Shown here one piece after another: positions 18,177 through 27,344 of a stretch of DNA of 64,000 nucleotides (positions are counted from its first letter, which is position 1; each line of letters starts with the position of its first letter). The DNA comes from an uncultured Actinomycetes bacterium. Its GTDB lineage: Bacteria > Actinomycetota > Thermoleophilia > UBA2241. Under the pieces are notes generated by a model that worked only from the letters and a program-made list of their open reading frames with translations, made no database searches and was not told the DNA's origin. The stretch is from assembly GCA_963767005.1 (NCBI GenBank), contig CAVYCN010000008.1, forward strand, positions 64,001 through 128,000, given 5' to 3'. Both the position numbers and the translations under genes were made by a program.

Positions 18177-19736
18177 TCACCTAGGGTGAGGGTGAGGGGG
18201 TGCGGTGGGACCCGACACAGACCTGAGCGCATTCCAGTGCACCGGGTGTGGCACTCGCCCGCGCCGTATCTGAGAGCAGTAGCGTAATGACAGCCCGGTC
18301 GCCTGCACCATTCTCGATAGCGCCACGCCCTGTAACGCGGGAAGTATCTCGCTGGTGAACTCGGTTTCATCGGGTGCGTCGTGCTCGGCGTCCCAGCGTG
18401 TAGCCTCGTTCATCCGCCGGGAGTTCGCCCGTCCCACCTTCCTCTTGGCCTCTTCAGTCTTCGTCGGGTCGCGACCCTCCGCCCGCAGGCGTGCCAAGCC
18501 GGCCGGCCCTGCCTCACAGAAGAGCGCGAGCTTCTGCTGCTCATGCTCTGGGAGGCACTCGTCGCAGTAGACGCGGTCAGAGGCGAGCGACACACCACAG
18601 CCGGCGCAACTGCCCGCCCGCACGCGCGGCGGGCGCGCGACCGTCTTGGCGCTCCTGCGGTGGGCGTCGCGGCCGGCGCTACGCCTGCTCTGTGTGAGGG
18701 GCGTTGGCAGGACGGCGATCCTCGTCTTTGCGGCGAGCATCGCGGCGACGTTCTCGACGACCGGCGCGATGGCTTTGGCCCACTGATTGCAGGTCTCGGC
18801 GAGGGTGTGGGAAAGTGGGGCGAGCACGCGACAGACGCCCTTGCGGGTCTCCGAGAAGTCCTTACTTGAGAAAGTGCGCACCGCGAGCAGGTCGAGCAGG
18901 TAGGCGTCGACCGTCGGTCGCGCCGCCTCCATGAGGTCGAGCGCGAGTGAGTCGCGGGCGGTCTGGTCCGCGTGAAAGACGCCGAGCCCGGGATCGAGCC
19001 CGCAGGCGAGGCAAGCGAAACGCGTCTCCGCTTCAAGCAGAGCGTAGAGGTAGTTGAGCAGGGCGTTCGCGGGGTTGGCAGCAAGACGCGGCGAGCCGGT
19101 AATCGGCGAGCTGCGCTGGCCGAATGTGCGCCAGTACTTGGGCACGGTTCGCTCGTCTTTGCGGGCGAAGCGCGGGGCGATGTTGCACCATGCTGCCCAA
19201 TAGGCGACCGCACCTGCCGCCTCCGCTGTGAGGACCTCGCCGAGGGATGTAGCCTTCTTGGCAACCTGCCGGGCTTCCGTCGCTTCGGCTCGCGCGCTGT
19301 CGGCGAACTCCGCACGCGACAGGTTGATGACCTGGCCGGCGAGCTTGGCGCTCAAGACATAACGAGCGATGTCGAGGCCGACCGGACTTCTAGCCGCCAG
19401 AGCTTGCGCCCGTCGCAGGCGCGGATCGTTGAGGCCGTAGCCGGCGGAAGTCGCAATCAGCTCGCCGTCGTGATCGATCTGCAGGAACTCGATTCCGGCG
19501 TCGCTCAACCACCGTAGGGCTTCGAAAGTGACGAAACCCTCGTGGCCGATGACGACGAGGCGTTTGGCGGGGGCGAGCGCCTTGGCGAAGCTGCGCTGCC
19601 TGCGGAAGCGTCCGATGCCGTCCGAGACGATCAGACTCCGGTTGTGGACCCGAACCTGGATGCCGTAGCCGTCGACCACACAGACGCCGCCTGCGCAGTC
19701 GAGGCTTTGGAAGGTTGCGCTAACATAGCTCTGCAT
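18177..19736 (-). CDS. cas1: Casposase (stand-alone Cas1 integrase) with C-terminal Zn-ribbon and HTH
   Basis: LRRAQ, EAAGAVAYW, NALLNYLY, GLDPGLGVFH, SLALDLMEAARP.VD; C-terminal CAGC/CDEC and HTH. GAGG before ATG 19736. Confidence 0.95.
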   Translation of the reverse strand: MQSYVSATFQSLDCAGGVCVVDGYGIQVRVHNRSLIVSDGIGRFRRQRSFAKALAPAKRLVVIGHEGFVTFEALRWLSDAGIEFLQIDHDGELIATSAGYGLNDPRLRRAQALAARSPVGLDIARYVLSAKLAGQVINLSRAEFADSARAEATEARQVAKKATSLGEVLTAEAAGAVAYWAAWCNIAPRFARKDERTVPKYWRTFGQRSSPITGSPRLAANPANALLNYLYALLEAETRFACLACGLDPGLGVFHADQTARDSLALDLMEAARPTVDAYLLDLLAVRTFSSKDFSETRKGVCRVLAPLSHTLAETCNQWAKAIAPVVENVAAMLAAKTRIAVLPTPLTQSRRSAGRDAHRRSAKTVARPPRVRAGSCAGCGVSLASDRVYCDECLPEHEQQKLALFCEAGPAGLARLRAEGRDPTKTEEAKRKVGRANSRRMNEATRWDAEHDAPDETEFTSEILPALQGVALSRMVQATGLSLRYCSQIRRGRVPHPVHWNALRSVSGPTAPPHPHPR

Positions 19737-19800
19737 TTCGGAACCTCGTTTTCCGAGTGCCACGCCCCCGGGCCGCTCCAACGGTCGCGGGGGCACTTGT

Positions 19801-20940
19801 CTAGACGGTCGGTTTGGCCGAGCCACCCATCAGTGCCTTCAACATCGCCGCCACGACGCCCGCTCGCGCCTCCTCACGCTTGTAGTCGTCGGCGAACACC
19901 CCGGCCTCTCGTTGTGCCTCGAAGTTCGCCTGCCACTCGGGCAGTAGATTGCGGATGATGGTAAGCAGTGCCTCGAACGGCTTGCGGTCGCGACGGCGCA
20001 CCGAGAAGAGCAACGGCAGCGAGACGACCCGCACGACGTAATGCCAATCGACACCGTCTGCAAGAACCCAAGGCATCTTCTCTTCGACCTGCGGCGGAAG
20101 CAGGGCGCGCCCGGCCTGCACAAAGAACGTGACAAGCGCGTAGACCTCTTCGAAGTCGGCGCGGGCGCGCTCGAAGTCCTGTGTCTTCATCGCCCGAAGG
20201 GACCTGAGGACGTGGGGCAGGCTGAGCTGGCGCACCTGGCGGCCGACCGCTCCGGAGCGGATGTAATCGGCGGCCTTGCCGGCGATCTCGGGCGAGAGGA
20301 GGTCGGCGAGCGCCGCCTCGAAGCCGTAGGCGACAAACGCCTGATAGATAACCTCATCCGACTCGGGCAGCAGGTGCCCCGTCAGGAAGATGAAGAACAG
20401 GCACGTGTAGAGCGTCTTGAGTTTGCCCTGCTGGGAGTCGTCGGGTAGCCAGCGCAACGGCTTGTCGAGGTGGGCGAGCATCTTGTCTGTCTGCGTCCGC
20501 GTGAATCGCGAGAGCCGGTCGCCAGCGAGCTTCGCGGCGAGGCCCTCGGCGACGACAAGCGGCGGCGCGGCGGGCTCGTAGCGCCTGCGGCGCGCGCCCG
20601 CGTAGCGCTCCAACATGGTGCGCACGCGCTCCAGCTGGCCGGCAATCACGCGCTGCAGCTCATCGCCTGTGACACGGTAGCCCGCAAGGAGCAGCGGCAG
20701 GGCGACCTTGTCGAGGTTGTCTTCGCGAGCAGGATGGCGCATGACGGCAAGCACCTGGGCGGCCGCGCCGGCCGGATAGCGCGTGCGGCGTCCATCGACG
20801 CGCTCGGTCTCGGGGATCAGGCCATGCTGACGCCAGCGTTCAAGCTGCGTGACGGTGGGCAGCGCTTCGCCTGCCTCAAGAAGACGAGCAACCTCCGCGA
20901 GAAGCTCTTTGTCTGCGCGTGTGAGCTGGCGTTTCGGCAT
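19801..20940 (-). CDS. Hypothetical protein with N-terminal MerR-like HTH
   Basis: TVTQLERWRQHGLIP...RTRYP resembles a MerR-type wHTH; co-oriented upstream of cas1. Confidence 0.65.
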   Translation of the reverse strand: MPKRQLTRADKELLAEVARLLEAGEALPTVTQLERWRQHGLIPETERVDGRRTRYPAGAAAQVLAVMRHPAREDNLDKVALPLLLAGYRVTGDELQRVIAGQLERVRTMLERYAGARRRRYEPAAPPLVVAEGLAAKLAGDRLSRFTRTQTDKMLAHLDKPLRWLPDDSQQGKLKTLYTCLFFIFLTGHLLPESDEVIYQAFVAYGFEAALADLLSPEIAGKAADYIRSGAVGRQVRQLSLPHVLRSLRAMKTQDFERARADFEEVYALVTFFVQAGRALLPPQVEEKMPWVLADGVDWHYVVRVVSLPLLFSVRRRDRKPFEALLTIIRNLLPEWQANFEAQREAGVFADDYKREEARAGVVAAMLKALMGGSAKPTV

Positions 20941-21050
20941 GTAACTCCATTCTATTACTACGCGCCAAAATCACAACGAGGCGACAGGATCATTTCGTAC
21001 TCTTCGCAGTCAACGCGGCATGTAGCCGCGACGACTGAAAGGAAGACGGC

Positions 21051-21662
21051 ATGGCAAGACCGCCCATCACCAAGTCGCGCCCCTGGACGCCCTCGCGCGG
21101 GCAGTTCAAGGGGCGCACCTTCGCGACCGAGAGGTCGTACCGCGACGCGCTCGCACAAGCCAAGGGCTTCCGCAGCTGGCACGACCAGCAGAGGGAAGCA
21201 AAGAAGGTCAGCGCGATGAGCTACGGGGCGTTGCGCGAGTCTCAGAAGCAGGCGCGTAGCCGCGCCCTCAAAGCCCTCGCGAAGATGCGGCGCGGCAAAT
21301 CGCTCACCGAGGCGGCGCGTGAGGCTGAGACGACGCCGAACACCGTCGTCCGTTACGCGGGCAGTCAGCTGCACCACGAGGGCGGGCGTATGGTCGCCTC
21401 CAAGTCCGACCGTATGTTCCGCCAGATGTGGGCTTACACGACCGAGGGGCTGCAGCCGGTCGCCGTGCGCACCTCCAAGCAGGCGAGCCTCATCGGTCAG
21501 CACCGCAACGCAGTCAAGAAGTTCCGGCGCGGCGACGAGACCGCGCTGCGCAAGTTCGCGGGTGTGAAGGTGGGCGGCGTGGAACTTGAGGTGCGCCCCG
21601 ACGTCCTTGAGGAGTACTTCCGTACCACCACGCCCGAGTTCGAAGGGCCGCAGTCCGGGTGA
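21051..21662 (+). CDS. Basic HTH DNA-binding protein
   Basis: KSLTEAAREAETTPNTVVRY HTH; GAAAGGAAG RBS; first gene of the HNH-polB operon. Confidence 0.75.
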   Translation: MARPPITKSRPWTPSRGQFKGRTFATERSYRDALAQAKGFRSWHDQQREAKKVSAMSYGALRESQKQARSRALKALAKMRRGKSLTEAAREAETTPNTVVRYAGSQLHHEGGRMVASKSDRMFRQMWAYTTEGLQPVAVRTSKQASLIGQHRNAVKKFRRGDETALRKFAGVKVGGVELEVRPDVLEEYFRTTTPEFEGPQSG

Positions 21663-21673
21663 GGGGGCAGGCG

Positions 21674-22096
21674 ATGAACGACGATCCGATTGGCAAAGCG
21701 GCACGGGCTTCGCGCCGTAAGCGCCGCGTGCCCGAGGGCACAATCTGCCTGCTCTGCGGGGCGCAAGACTCGGACGTGCTCAACGAGTACGACCGCTCGA
21801 TCTTCGAAGCCCATCACATCGCGGGCGTGGCCAACCTGCCGGACGATACCGTATGGCTGTGCTGCAACTGCCACCGCAAGGTGCACATCGCCCTGACAGA
21901 CGAAGGCGTCGATCTGGCGCACGCCGAGAAGCGCACGGTGCTCAGGGTGATTCAGGTGCTGCTTGTCGGCTGCGCTGTGCTTTTCCGCAAGCTCGCCGAT
22001 ACCTTCCTGTGGCTTGCCCACCTGCTCGGGGCGTTCATCGACTCACTCGACGATGAGCTGCCGGGCTGGCGTGAACTTCCGGAGGCTAGCTTGTGA
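21674..22096 (+). CDS. HNH endonuclease
   Basis: CLLC...EAHHIAG...LCCNCHRKVH. Confidence 0.85.
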   Translation: MNDDPIGKAARASRRKRRVPEGTICLLCGAQDSDVLNEYDRSIFEAHHIAGVANLPDDTVWLCCNCHRKVHIALTDEGVDLAHAEKRTVLRVIQVLLVGCAVLFRKLADTFLWLAHLLGAFIDSLDDELPGWRELPEASL

Positions 22097-25000
22097 GCTA
22101 CGAGGAAATCGCGGTGAGGGCATGGGCGGAGCCTGCGGGCTCCGCCCTTTCCTTCGAGCGCTCGGGGCGAGCTTTTCGCCTGCCCGAATACGCCCTCGTG
22201 ATCGACACCGAGACGAGCGTCGACATCACGCAGGCGCTCAACTTCGGTTCATACCGGTTCATCGCGCTCAACGACGGCGAGAACCCACCGGGCAGCTGTC
22301 TTGAGGAGGGGCTGTTCTATGCCGACGAGTTGGCCACACGTTACCCGGACGGCCTGGGCAGGCTTGAGAGCTACGTGAGTGCCCACGAGGCCGACCTCGA
22401 CGTTGAACGCTACCGCCGGCCGCTCCACCTCTACACGCGCCGCGAGTTCGTGCGCCAGGTCTTTCTGCGCGCGGCCTACCGGGCGCGAGCGCTCGTGGTC
22501 GGCTTCAACCTGCCGTTCGATCTCTCGCGCCTGGCTATCGACGTCTCGGCCGCGAGGCGCTCGTATGCGGGCGGCTTCTCGCTCGCCCTGTGGGACTACG
22601 AGAAGCGCGGCGAGCGCGTGCCCGATCCGAACCGCCCGCGTGTCGTCGTCAAGAGCCTCAATTCCAAAGAGCACCTCTTTCGCTTCACGGACCGCCGCAT
22701 TGGTGACCCAGAAGATTACGAGGAACGCGAGCAGGCGGACGGCACGAAGAAGCGCGTCGCGTTCTCGGGCCACTTCCTCGACCTACACACGCTGACCTTC
22801 GCCCTGACCGCCGAGAACTTCTCACTTGAAAGAGCCTGCAAAGCCTTCGGCGTTGAGCACGGCAAGCAGAAGGTGAAGCGGCACGGTCTCATCACGCCCC
22901 GCTACATCGACTACAACCGCCGGGACGTGAAGGCGACGGGCGAGCTGCTCATGAAGGCCCTTGAGGAGTTTGACCGGCACCCCGTCCGGCTGCAGGTAAC
23001 CAAAGCGTTCTCGCCAGCCTCGATTGCCAAGTCCTACGAGGACGCCATGGGCTTGACGCCGATACTCGGCCGCCAGCCCGACTTCGACCGCAGCGTGCTC
23101 GGCTATGCCATGAACGCCTTCTACGGCGGGCGGGCCGAGTGTCGCATCCGACGCGTCGCCCTGCCGGTCTGCTACACGGACTTCGCCAGCATGTACCCGA
23201 CGGTCAACGCCCTCATGGAGAACTGGCAACTGCTCACCGCCGCCGAGATTAGCGTCGTGCCGGCGACCGATGACGTGAGGCGGTTTCTCGACGAGGTCAC
23301 ACTCGACGCCTGCTTTGAGCCGGCGACCTGGCAATGTCTGCGCGCCTTCGTGAAGGTCAGGCCGGACGGCGAAATCTTCCCGGTGCGCGTGCGCTATGAC
23401 TCGCGCGGGCCGAGCTGGCAGATTGGCGCGAACCCCCTGACAGGAGGCGAGGGCCAATGGTTTGCCCTGCCCGACGTGGTCGCCGCCAAGCTCGCCTCGG
23501 GTAAGACGCCGCAGGTCCTCGACGCGATCCGCTTGGAAGCATCCAACGCACGACAGCCCGGGTTGCGGCGCACGAAGCTGCGCGGTGCGGTGCCGGTTGA
23601 CCCGCGCCGCCAGGACTTCTTTCGGGCTGTCGTCGAAGAGCGACGGCGCACGCGCCGCAACGAGACACTCGACGAGGCCGAGCGCGAACGCCTGGAAGCC
23701 GCGCTGAAGGTCATCGCCAACGCCGGTAGCTACGGCATCTTCGCCGAGATGAACCGCAAGCAGCAGTCGGCCAAGGTACCGGTCGTCTTCTGGAACGCAG
23801 ATGGCGAGCGTTGCGAAACCAAGCTCAAGACGCCGGAAGAGCCGGGACCGTTCTGCTTCCCACCGCTCGCCGCCCTGATTACTTCAGCGGCACGGCTCAT
23901 GTTGACGCTGCTTGAGTGCACGGTGCGCGAGCGCGGCGGCTCCTACGTCTTCTGCGACACCGACTCGCTTGCCATCGTGTCGAGCGAGCAGGGTGGCCTG
24001 TTCGATTGCCCCGGCGGGCCGCAACGTTTGCCCGATGGGCGCGAGGCGGTGAAGGCGCTGAGTTGGTCCGAGGTCGACGAGGTCGTGGCGCGCTTCGCCG
24101 GCCTCAACCCGTACGATCCCGACGCCGTGCCCGGCTCGGTGCTCGACATCGAAAAGCAGAACTACATCAAGGACACAAAGCAGCGGCGTGAGCTGTGGTG
24201 CTATGCGATCAGCGCGAAGCGCTACGTGCTCTACAACCTCGGAGACGACGGGCGGCGTGTCATTCGCAAGCACTCACGTCACGGTCTCGGCCACCTGCTC
24301 GACCCGACCGACCCCGACTCGGGCGACGACAGCTGGATCGAGCAGGTCTGGCAGCACATCCTCGCCCTCGACGTCTTGGGGCAAGCGCCCGTCGAGCCGG
24401 CCTGGTTTGGCCGGCCGGCGATGGCCCGCGTGAGCGTCAGCGACATGCGGACCTTTCGACTCTTCGAAGCGCTCAACAAGGGCAAGCCCTACGCCGAGCG
24501 GGTCAAGCCGCAGAACTTCCTGCTCTCGGCGCAGGTAGCGGACCTCGGCCACCCGCCGGGCGTCGATCCGACCAAGCCCTTTCACTTGGTCGCGCCCTAT
24601 CACTCAGACCCGCGCCAATGGCTCAAGCTCGCCTTCACCGACCGCTACAGTAAGAAGAGCGCGACCTACCACATCACGACCGACGATGACGTCGCTGAGG
24701 GCGTCGCCTGCGTGAAGACCTACGGCGAGGTAATCGAAGACTACCGCTGGCGTCCGGAGCATAAGAGCCTGGCACCTGACGGGCAGCCCTGCAGCCGTGA
24801 GAGTACGGGGTTGCTGCGGCGGCGACCTGTGGAGGTCGTGCGACCTGTCTACGTCGGCAAGGAAGCGAACAGCCTCGAAGAGGTCGAACACCTGCTCGTC
24901 GAAGACGAAGACGAGATCATGAACCGCTACGATGACGCGGCGCACGATCCGTTTGTGCGATACGTCGTGCCGGTGCTGAGGGGGATGCCACGCGAGCAGG

Positions 25001-25344
25001 TGCTGAGAGTGGCCCGCCTCCACCCCGACTCAGTCAAGCGCATCTTGGCCGGCCGTGTACCGCACGGGAAAACGGCAGAGCGTCTAGCGTTGATGGCCGT
25101 TGAGTACGCACGATCGAGGCTGAGAAAGCGCGATGCGGAAATCCCGAAGAACGCAGTGGGGATACTTCGCCGGTTCACGCAGCTGAGCATTGAGCAACGG
25201 ACTTGCCCGGAGTGCGGCAAGCTCGTGCCGTCGAAGAGGGCCGCTTACTGCAGCGCGGTTTGCAGGATGCAGGCTAGCCGACGGAGGCGTGGCGAGCGAA
25301 ACGGAGTCGGAGGACACGCCACCAGTCCGCCGCCGCAAGACTAA
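22093..25344 (+). CDS. polB: Family B DNA polymerase with 3'-5' exonuclease and C-terminal HTH + Zn-ribbon
   Basis: ExoI DTET, ExoII GFNLPFD, ExoIII YNRRD, YGGRAE, motif A DFASMYP, motif B KVIANAGSYG, motif C CDTDS, KRY. Confidence 0.93.
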   Translation: MSYEEIAVRAWAEPAGSALSFERSGRAFRLPEYALVIDTETSVDITQALNFGSYRFIALNDGENPPGSCLEEGLFYADELATRYPDGLGRLESYVSAHEADLDVERYRRPLHLYTRREFVRQVFLRAAYRARALVVGFNLPFDLSRLAIDVSAARRSYAGGFSLALWDYEKRGERVPDPNRPRVVVKSLNSKEHLFRFTDRRIGDPEDYEEREQADGTKKRVAFSGHFLDLHTLTFALTAENFSLERACKAFGVEHGKQKVKRHGLITPRYIDYNRRDVKATGELLMKALEEFDRHPVRLQVTKAFSPASIAKSYEDAMGLTPILGRQPDFDRSVLGYAMNAFYGGRAECRIRRVALPVCYTDFASMYPTVNALMENWQLLTAAEISVVPATDDVRRFLDEVTLDACFEPATWQCLRAFVKVRPDGEIFPVRVRYDSRGPSWQIGANPLTGGEGQWFALPDVVAAKLASGKTPQVLDAIRLEASNARQPGLRRTKLRGAVPVDPRRQDFFRAVVEERRRTRRNETLDEAERERLEAALKVIANAGSYGIFAEMNRKQQSAKVPVVFWNADGERCETKLKTPEEPGPFCFPPLAALITSAARLMLTLLECTVRERGGSYVFCDTDSLAIVSSEQGGLFDCPGGPQRLPDGREAVKALSWSEVDEVVARFAGLNPYDPDAVPGSVLDIEKQNYIKDTKQRRELWCYAISAKRYVLYNLGDDGRRVIRKHSRHGLGHLLDPTDPDSGDDSWIEQVWQHILALDVLGQAPVEPAWFGRPAMARVSVSDMRTFRLFEALNKGKPYAERVKPQNFLLSAQVADLGHPPGVDPTKPFHLVAPYHSDPRQWLKLAFTDRYSKKSATYHITTDDDVAEGVACVKTYGEVIEDYRWRPEHKSLAPDGQPCSRESTGLLRRRPVEVVRPVYVGKEANSLEEVEHLLVEDEDEIMNRYDDAAHDPFVRYVVPVLRGMPREQVLRVARLHPDSVKRILAGRVPHGKTAERLALMAVEYARSRLRKRDAEIPKNAVGILRRFTQLSIEQRTCPECGKLVPSKRAAYCSAVCRMQASRRRRGERNGVGGHATSPPPQD

Positions 25345-25347
25345 GTC

Positions 25348-27006
25348 TCAAACTTTCCATGAAACGAGCAACGCAACGACTGCAATAACAATCGAGGCAG
25401 ATGTCAGCCACACTATTAATCTCTGAATCCGAATGTTGGATATCGTCTGAGTAATGTCGCTTGTTACTGACAACTGCGATTGAAGCAATCCAGAGTCACG
25501 TATTAGCTGCGCTGCCCGATCCTTCTGGGACGATTGTAGCGATTTGAGTAGGTCAGGTTTCTCCTTACCAACCACTCTGTTGTACTTCATTTCAATCACG
25601 TCGTGTCGATATGCACGGTCAGACTTGGCGAATGACTTGACCTCGTTAGCTGAGACAGCGATGTCATACAACTCGGCTCGCACTAACGAACGAAGCGACT
25701 TGAGGTCAGATACCGGACGATAGAGATGTCTGCTAGCGGCCTTGTCGCGAAGTGTTGAAAGCATTTCATGGTAGCCATCTAGCGCACAAGAAAGGGTCCA
25801 GCGAACGAGAAGGCCCCGGACGAGCTCGTCTACTCTGTATGCGATGGTCCAGTTCGAAGTCGGGTCAGGGTAGCCGGCATTATCCGCGAAGGCGTCTCGC
25901 CTGCGGCACCCGAATACGAGCCTTAGCCCCTCGTCGTCCCACGTTCTGGGCAGTACAAGTCGCCCGCGAGGCCATTCATCCTCCGACTCCCAGGAATCGT
26001 AGTCCCGATCAAGCGAAAGCCCGTAGAGAGAGCGCATACCGCGTACAGCCTCGGATAGCGGTTCAATGCCCTCGGTCACAAACAGAACGGCTGTCGGGAA
26101 CTCGGAGCCTGAGGCCCTGGACGAAAACACACCTGGCAGGCTGTCTGCTACCCAGGCGGCGCACTTCGTCTCAACTGACTTGACGCGGGAGCGCAGTTCG
26201 CTCCGCCGTATGCGGTCAGGATCGTAGATTGTCTCGCCGGAGTGGAGTCGACCGTTCCACAGGATGAATGAAATGACCTGCCACGGACGAAATCGAGGGT
26301 CATTCTCAGTTCGCGTCCTGAAGAACGCGTGAAGTGGCTCGTTTAGGCAACCCGCCTGTTCTTCTGACAGCATGAAACCCACAACGAGGGCTGTGAGGCT
26401 GGGCGAGATCGACAACAGAACAGGCAGCGCCGCCGTGACTCCATCGGGCAGCGTTGCTTCCCGCTCCCTCATGAATTGGCCAGCATCCGAGGAGACCAAG
26501 CCGAGGCTCGTCCACCCGGCTCTCCGGCCCCGGCGCACATCGCCCATCCACTTCACGAGGCTGTCGCTCCGGGTCCGCCCGTACTCCCATCCGAGACGGC
26601 CTATACCTTCAAGGAGTCCCGCAATAGTCGAGGGTGTGTATAGCTCGGCCACCCAGAGAATGGGAACTTCCACTCGCTCGTCGTCCGGAAGACGGCCACT
26701 CTCGTTGTGCTTGCTGTCAAAGCGCCCCCAAGCGCGGACATCACGCTTGGCCCGCCGCATGGCTCGATACCAAAGAAAGCGATTCGCCGGTCCCCACCTG
26801 GCGAACGCGCGGCCCAATCCTGACTGACGCGGCGATTCCTCGGTCTTCTGCGGCGGTTCGTCGCCTGGCAGCTCCACAGCCTCAGCGCCCTCGGGCGGTG
26901 GGGCACCACTCAAGATGTTGACGTCTGCGTCTTCTTCCGGGGTTCCGCCGGGATCGTTCGGGCCAGGACTGGCTGCCGAGCTTGAGTCAAGCGTCTCGTC
27001 TGGCAT
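25348..27006 (-). CDS. Hypothetical cargo protein with C-terminal coiled-coil and single TM helix
   Basis: Long open frame in the most AT-rich part of the element; ends RLIVWLTSASIVIAVVALLVSWKV. Start uncertain (27006 or 27162). Confidence 0.7.
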   Translation of the reverse strand: MPDETLDSSSAASPGPNDPGGTPEEDADVNILSGAPPPEGAEAVELPGDEPPQKTEESPRQSGLGRAFARWGPANRFLWYRAMRRAKRDVRAWGRFDSKHNESGRLPDDERVEVPILWVAELYTPSTIAGLLEGIGRLGWEYGRTRSDSLVKWMGDVRRGRRAGWTSLGLVSSDAGQFMREREATLPDGVTAALPVLLSISPSLTALVVGFMLSEEQAGCLNEPLHAFFRTRTENDPRFRPWQVISFILWNGRLHSGETIYDPDRIRRSELRSRVKSVETKCAAWVADSLPGVFSSRASGSEFPTAVLFVTEGIEPLSEAVRGMRSLYGLSLDRDYDSWESEDEWPRGRLVLPRTWDDEGLRLVFGCRRRDAFADNAGYPDPTSNWTIAYRVDELVRGLLVRWTLSCALDGYHEMLSTLRDKAASRHLYRPVSDLKSLRSLVRAELYDIAVSANEVKSFAKSDRAYRHDVIEMKYNRVVGKEKPDLLKSLQSSQKDRAAQLIRDSGLLQSQLSVTSDITQTISNIRIQRLIVWLTSASIVIAVVALLVSWKV

Positions 27007-27278
27007 GCTATTTCGGCCCCCGACCCCTCCGACATGTCCGCGCGCTGCATTGTCGTTCACTCGGTCGAAGAGCCTATCGCTTTCGTCGAGGCGGGTCACC
27101 GACGCCCCCAATGGGGGCGAGCTGCGCGCTCTATACCGTCCGTTCGCCGACCCCTCGACCACGCCGGAGAGCCGGCCGGCGGCCGTGTGCCTCCGTCACC
27201 TCGACGGCGGGGCGGGCAGAAGAGCCGCTACGAAGTGAGGGCGAGCTGGCCCGGGGGGAGCCCAGAGAATCCGGACTG

Positions 27279-27330
27279 AATCAGCCCGTTACACTTCGGG
27301 GACGTTTCGTTTCTCCCTATCCCCTATCCC
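27279..27330 (-). repeat. Right terminal inverted repeat
   Basis: AATCAGCCCGTTACACTTCGGGGACGTTTCGTTTCTCCCTATCCCCTATCCC; reverse complement of the left TIR with 2 mismatches. Confidence 0.95.
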
Positions 27331-27344
27331 TGGTGCCGCTTGAC
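27331..27344. repeat. Right target-site duplication (14 bp)
   Basis: TGGTGCCGCTTGAC immediately after the right TIR. Confidence 0.92.

Larger units (their letters stand above)
15022..27330. mobile_element. Casposon (Cas1-integrase, PolB-encoding self-synthesizing transposon), 12309 bp
   Basis: TIRs, 14-bp TSD, solo cas1, PolB, HNH and HTH genes, MTase cargo; visibly lower GC than the flanks. Confidence 0.95.

Noticed and set aside
18177-19736. cas1 as part of a CRISPR-Cas locus
   Set aside because: No cas2, effector genes or repeat-spacer array nearby. The PolB, TIR and TSD context indicates a casposase.
15022-27330. Prophage, pipolin or ICE interpretation
   Set aside because: No capsid, terminase, tyrosine/serine recombinase or conjugation genes. 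The ends are TIRs plus a TSD rather than att sites alone.
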